Below are positions 27,951 to 32,000 of a stretch of 32,000 nt of DNA, one piece after another. Source of the stretch: Bacillus subtilis subsp. subtilis str. 168 (lineage in GTDB: Bacteria; Bacillota; Bacilli; Bacillales; Bacillaceae); the NCBI RefSeq assembly GCF_000009045.1, contig NC_000964.3, positions 3,900,001 to 3,932,000 on the forward strand. Direction: 5' to 3'. Numbering within the stretch: position 1 is the first letter of the stretch; every line of letters starts with the position of its first letter. The translations under genes were made by a program, and so were the position numbers. The notes under the pieces are model-generated. The model was not told where the DNA came from, searched no databases, and saw only the letters and a program-made list of their open reading frames with translations.

Positions 27951-29108
27951 TTATAGCACATTCGCAATCTTCGACATGGTTTCAGAAAGAGTCGTCAGCT
28001 TAGTGCTCAGCTCTCTGATTTGCTTTTCACTTAATTTATCATAAGACGTATAGGACTGATCATTTGTTTTGTATTTTGCCATTAAAACTTCAAATTCGCT
28101 GAACTCCGTATCCAGTTTTTCCGTCAAGTCGGAGTGATCTTTTACAAGCGCGCTTTTCACTGTTTGATAAACGGCTTCGGAGCCTTCCACATTTGCCATA
28201 AGGTCAACTAAATCAATTCGTGAGTAGCGCTCTTCTTCTCCCGTGATTTTCGAAATTCCGGCTTCGTTCAGAAGCTCCATCGCGCCTGCAACAATTTGTT
28301 CAGGTGTTAATTTCAGTGATTGAATTGAACCGTCAAGCTCTTTTACATCCTTGAGAAGCTGGTCAGCTGTTGCCTTTTCCCCGGAAATATCTTGATCCTT
28401 CCAAATGGCCTTCTCAAGCTTATGGAAGCCTGTCCATTTGTCTCCTTCTTCAACATCGTTTTCTCGTGCGTCAATTTTCGGATCAAGATCTCCGAGGCTT
28501 TCAGCGATCGGTTCGATTCGCTCGTAATAAACACGCGCTTTCGCATATAACGTTTTGGACTTTTCGATATCGCCGGATTTCACAGCACCCGTAAATGCTT
28601 CAGTCGCTTTGACAAGCTGGTCACTCTGCTCTTTGACATAGCCTTTATACTCATCCGCTGCTTTTGCCAGCTGATCGCTAGCCTTTTTGCCGCTCTTCTT
28701 CGCTTCTGTCAGGTCTTCTAAGGATGCTTTCAATGACTCGGATTCTGTCTTGATTTTTCCTGCATCCGGTTTGTCTTTTTGCGCTTCTGTGTAGATTGGC
28801 TGAAGATGCTTTTCGATTTCTGTATATTCGAATGGATAGTCGCTGCGAATATCGTTTTCAAAGGAAAGCCAGTAGCTGTTTAACTCTTTCCCCTTCTTTT
28901 CAATCTCTTTTTGGTCTCCTTTTTCCACTGAGTCATTCAGCTTAGAAATGATGGTTTCCATTTTATTTACGGATGCGGTGATTTCTTTAGTGACCCCGCT
29001 TTTTTCAGATGAAGCTTTTTCTTTGGTTGAAGATGTGTCATTGGCTCCGCAGCCTGCGCACAGCGCAAGGATGCATCCGGCTGATACAGCGATTTTTGTG
29101 AAATTCAT
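27951..29108 (-). CDS. efeM: Iron-binding lipoprotein of the EfeUOB system (imelysin/M75-like, EfeO/EfeM), 385 aa
   Basis: Lipobox LALCAGC. Recognised as YwbM. Its start overlaps the efeU stop (ATGA). Confidence 0.93.
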   Translation of the reverse strand: MNFTKIAVSAGCILALCAGCGANDTSSTKEKASSEKSGVTKEITASVNKMETIISKLNDSVEKGDQKEIEKKGKELNSYWLSFENDIRSDYPFEYTEIEKHLQPIYTEAQKDKPDAGKIKTESESLKASLEDLTEAKKSGKKASDQLAKAADEYKGYVKEQSDQLVKATEAFTGAVKSGDIEKSKTLYAKARVYYERIEPIAESLGDLDPKIDARENDVEEGDKWTGFHKLEKAIWKDQDISGEKATADQLLKDVKELDGSIQSLKLTPEQIVAGAMELLNEAGISKITGEEERYSRIDLVDLMANVEGSEAVYQTVKSALVKDHSDLTEKLDTEFSEFEVLMAKYKTNDQSYTSYDKLSEKQIRELSTKLTTLSETMSKIANVL

Positions 29109-30550
29109 TTTGTCAGTTCCTTTCCGTTTGTAAAATGTTTTGCCGCTTCTGAAACAAGCGCAATCAGTAAAAAGAGTAAAATCAACATTTGCGGAATCGT
29201 GCTGTACACAGACGGATAAATTCCTAGCACCGATACAGACGGCAGCCAGCTTTCTGCATCAGACGGAAGAATGCCCGCCAGTTGAAGGCTGTGAACGCCG
29301 GTTCCGAGAAATTTCACGCACATATACAGGACAACCGCCATTGATAGAAGAAAAAACGGCTTCAATGGAATGCGCATTCCGAGCTTGATCATCAGAACAC
29401 CGACGATGACGAGAACGATAAGCCCTGCGGCAGTTCCGCCGATCAGTTCAGTGAGCGGGAGCTTCCCGACAAGCCCGATGAAAAAGATGACCGTTTCGAG
29501 ACCTTCTCTTACAACTGCCAGAAATGCAATGAGCGCAAAGGAAAGCAGGCTTCGTTTTTTTAGTGCCTGTGACTTCTGGATATTGATTTTTTCTCTCCAT
29601 TTATCCATTGAGGCGTTTCTGTGCAGCCACACCCCGACATACAAAAGCATGACAGCGGACAGTACGCCGGTAACGCCGCCAAGCAAGAAATTGTTTTCTC
29701 CGAATACACTGGAGGAGAACAGAACCGTGACACCGATGCCGGCTGCTAAGGAAACAGCCATGCCGGCGGACGCCCCGCCCCAGATCCATGTCGAGGAACG
29801 CGTAACCCGCGCTTTTTTTGTCATGGTTAATAGCGCTCCGATGACAAGGAGGGCCTCCATTCCTTCACGAACCGGGATCAGCGCCGCATCCCACCAGCTG
29901 TAGCTGCTTGAAGCGATCGGCTCGAGCAATTGAATCATTTCGTCAATTTGCTTTGATACCTTTTCAGGATGGCTGCCGATCTCCGCCTTCATCAGCGCCA
30001 GATTTTCCTCCGATGTCGTATAGGCTTCTTTCGATTGGGACACGACATCTCCCTCAACAGCGAGCCAGGATGTAACTAAATTGTCGATTGCGGATGACGC
30101 TTCATCCAATTGTTTTTTTTCTATGAACTGTTTTGTGTCTTTCAAGCTTTGTATATAGGCTGTTAAGGACGCCCTTGATTGACCTGAGGATGTCTTTTTC
30201 AGCACGACAGCCTGCTGATAGGTTTCTAAATGAGACGCAAGCTCTTCAAGCTGTGTTTTGAGCTTACGTGCGTCTTGATTGATAAAAGAAAGAGAAATCA
30301 TCGCGATATTCGCGTCCATTTCACTGTGAGAAGAAAGGTTTTCTTTCTTAATAGAAGGTTCTTCTTTTTTCCACTTCGCCTTGAAGGTGTCAAACGTTTG
30401 TTGTGCCGAATCCATATCCCCGTCTTTTACGGATTTGATCATTTGCTTGTTTAATTGAATTAATGCGGCGATCGGATCATCTTCCGCATGTGCCGCAGAA
30501 CCGAAAACCATCAACAAGCTGAATAGAATAAGTGCCAGCCCCCGAGCCAT
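29105..30550 (-). CDS. efeU: FTR1/EfeU-family iron permease with a ~200-aa N-terminal extracytoplasmic extension, about 481 aa
   Basis: Two REGxE motifs (VREGMEAL, VREGLETV) in a seven-TM C-terminal half. N-terminal signal peptide MMARGLALILFSLLMVFGSAAHA. GGAGG (30561-30557) lies 6 nt before the ATG at 30550 and 3 nt before the ATG at 30553. The track ATG at 30583 lies inside the Fur box. Confidence 0.92.
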   Translation of the reverse strand: MARGLALILFSLLMVFGSAAHAEDDPIAALIQLNKQMIKSVKDGDMDSAQQTFDTFKAKWKKEEPSIKKENLSSHSEMDANIAMISLSFINQDARKLKTQLEELASHLETYQQAVVLKKTSSGQSRASLTAYIQSLKDTKQFIEKKQLDEASSAIDNLVTSWLAVEGDVVSQSKEAYTTSEENLALMKAEIGSHPEKVSKQIDEMIQLLEPIASSSYSWWDAALIPVREGMEALLVIGALLTMTKKARVTRSSTWIWGGASAGMAVSLAAGIGVTVLFSSSVFGENNFLLGGVTGVLSAVMLLYVGVWLHRNASMDKWREKINIQKSQALKKRSLLSFALIAFLAVVREGLETVIFFIGLVGKLPLTELIGGTAAGLIVLVIVGVLMIKLGMRIPLKPFFLLSMAVVLYMCVKFLGTGVHSLQLAGILPSDAESWLPSVSVLGIYPSVYSTIPQMLILLFLLIALVSEAAKHFTNGKELTK

Positions 30551-30567
30551 CATGTTCCTCCTATAAT

Positions 30568-30586
30568 TGAAAATGATTATCATTGT
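30568..30586. promoter_or_regulatory. Fur box overlapping the efeU transcription start region
   Basis: The minus strand reads ACAATGATAATCATTTTCA, which contains AATGATAATCATT-T-TCA. That is one mismatch from the core of the Fur consensus TGATAATGATAATCATTATCA. Confidence 0.8.
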
Positions 30587-30594
30587 ATAACATA

Positions 30595-30622
30595 ATCATA
30601 GCCAGTTCCTGTCCTTTGTCAA
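30595..30622 (-). promoter_or_regulatory. Candidate sigmaA promoter of efeUOB
   Basis: Minus strand: TTGACA (30622-30617), 16-nt spacer, TATGAT (30600-30595), immediately upstream of the Fur box. Confidence 0.65.
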
Positions 30623-30656
30623 TTAAAATTTGAAGGTCTGAAAACCTTGATGGACA

Positions 30657-30686
30657 GCAAAAAAGCTGTCCTTTTACAGAACAGCC
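30657..30686 (-). terminator. Intrinsic terminator of thiE
   Basis: Minus strand: GCTGTTC-tgtaaaa-GGACAGC (7 bp including one G-U) followed by TTTTTT. The wobble pair is only valid on the minus-strand RNA. Confidence 0.75.
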
Positions 30687-30706
30687 CTTTGAAGGAAAAT
30701 GAACGA

Positions 30707-32000
<1,294 letters not shown>

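Noticed and set aside
29370-29903. 177-aa plus-strand ORF antisense to efeU (also 29140-29388 and 30230-30454)
   Set aside because: Antisense to a membrane permease with conserved REGxE motifs. The Ser/Pro/Thr-rich translation is typical of the reverse frame of hydrophobic genes.

Overview
This window is colinear with the Bacillus subtilis 168-type chromosome segment ywdD...thiM (the 'yw' region, roughly 3.9 Mb). That identification comes from my recognising the translated ORFs, not from any search. I call 32 protein-coding genes, two of them truncated by the window edges. They include: a PadR regulator with a membrane partner; pdxK; the sucrose PTS regulon sacP-sacA-ywdA with its antiterminator sacT and the RAT/terminator leader; the formate/nitrite-family transporter ywcJ; ywcI; the secreted subtilase vpr; nfrA-ywcH; the SEDS protein rodA; ywcE; the aa3-600 quinol oxidase qoxABCD; ywzA; the Leloir genes galK-galT; ywcC (TetR)-ywcD (GtrA-like) divergent from the 52-aa antirepressor gene slrA; ywcB-ywcA (DUF485 plus an SSS symporter); the DsbA-like ywbO; the Fur-controlled iron uptake operon efeU-efeM-efeB; and thiE-thiM. 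I see no rRNA, tRNA, CRISPR array, transposase, integrase, phage or defence-type genes. The long antisense ORFs in the track are shadows of real genes. I therefore find no evidence for an undescribed multi-gene system here; this is core genome. The signals most worth a second look are non-coding. First, a ~220-bp hyper-structured module between efeB and ywbO, with twin inverted hairpins, an 18-bp-arm perfect palindrome and a ~130-nt multi-stem fold. Second, a cluster of about nine DnaA-box-like 9-mers upstream of vpr. Third, a 442-bp ORF-free spacer upstream of ywcB, with competing hairpins that can hide a strong SD in front of a 6-codon mini-ORF. There are also several operator-like palindromes: a perfect Rex box at ywcJ, a Fur box at efeU, and candidate operators at ywcC/slrA and nfrA. 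Several ORF-track starts are over-extended, and I corrected them using SD spacing.
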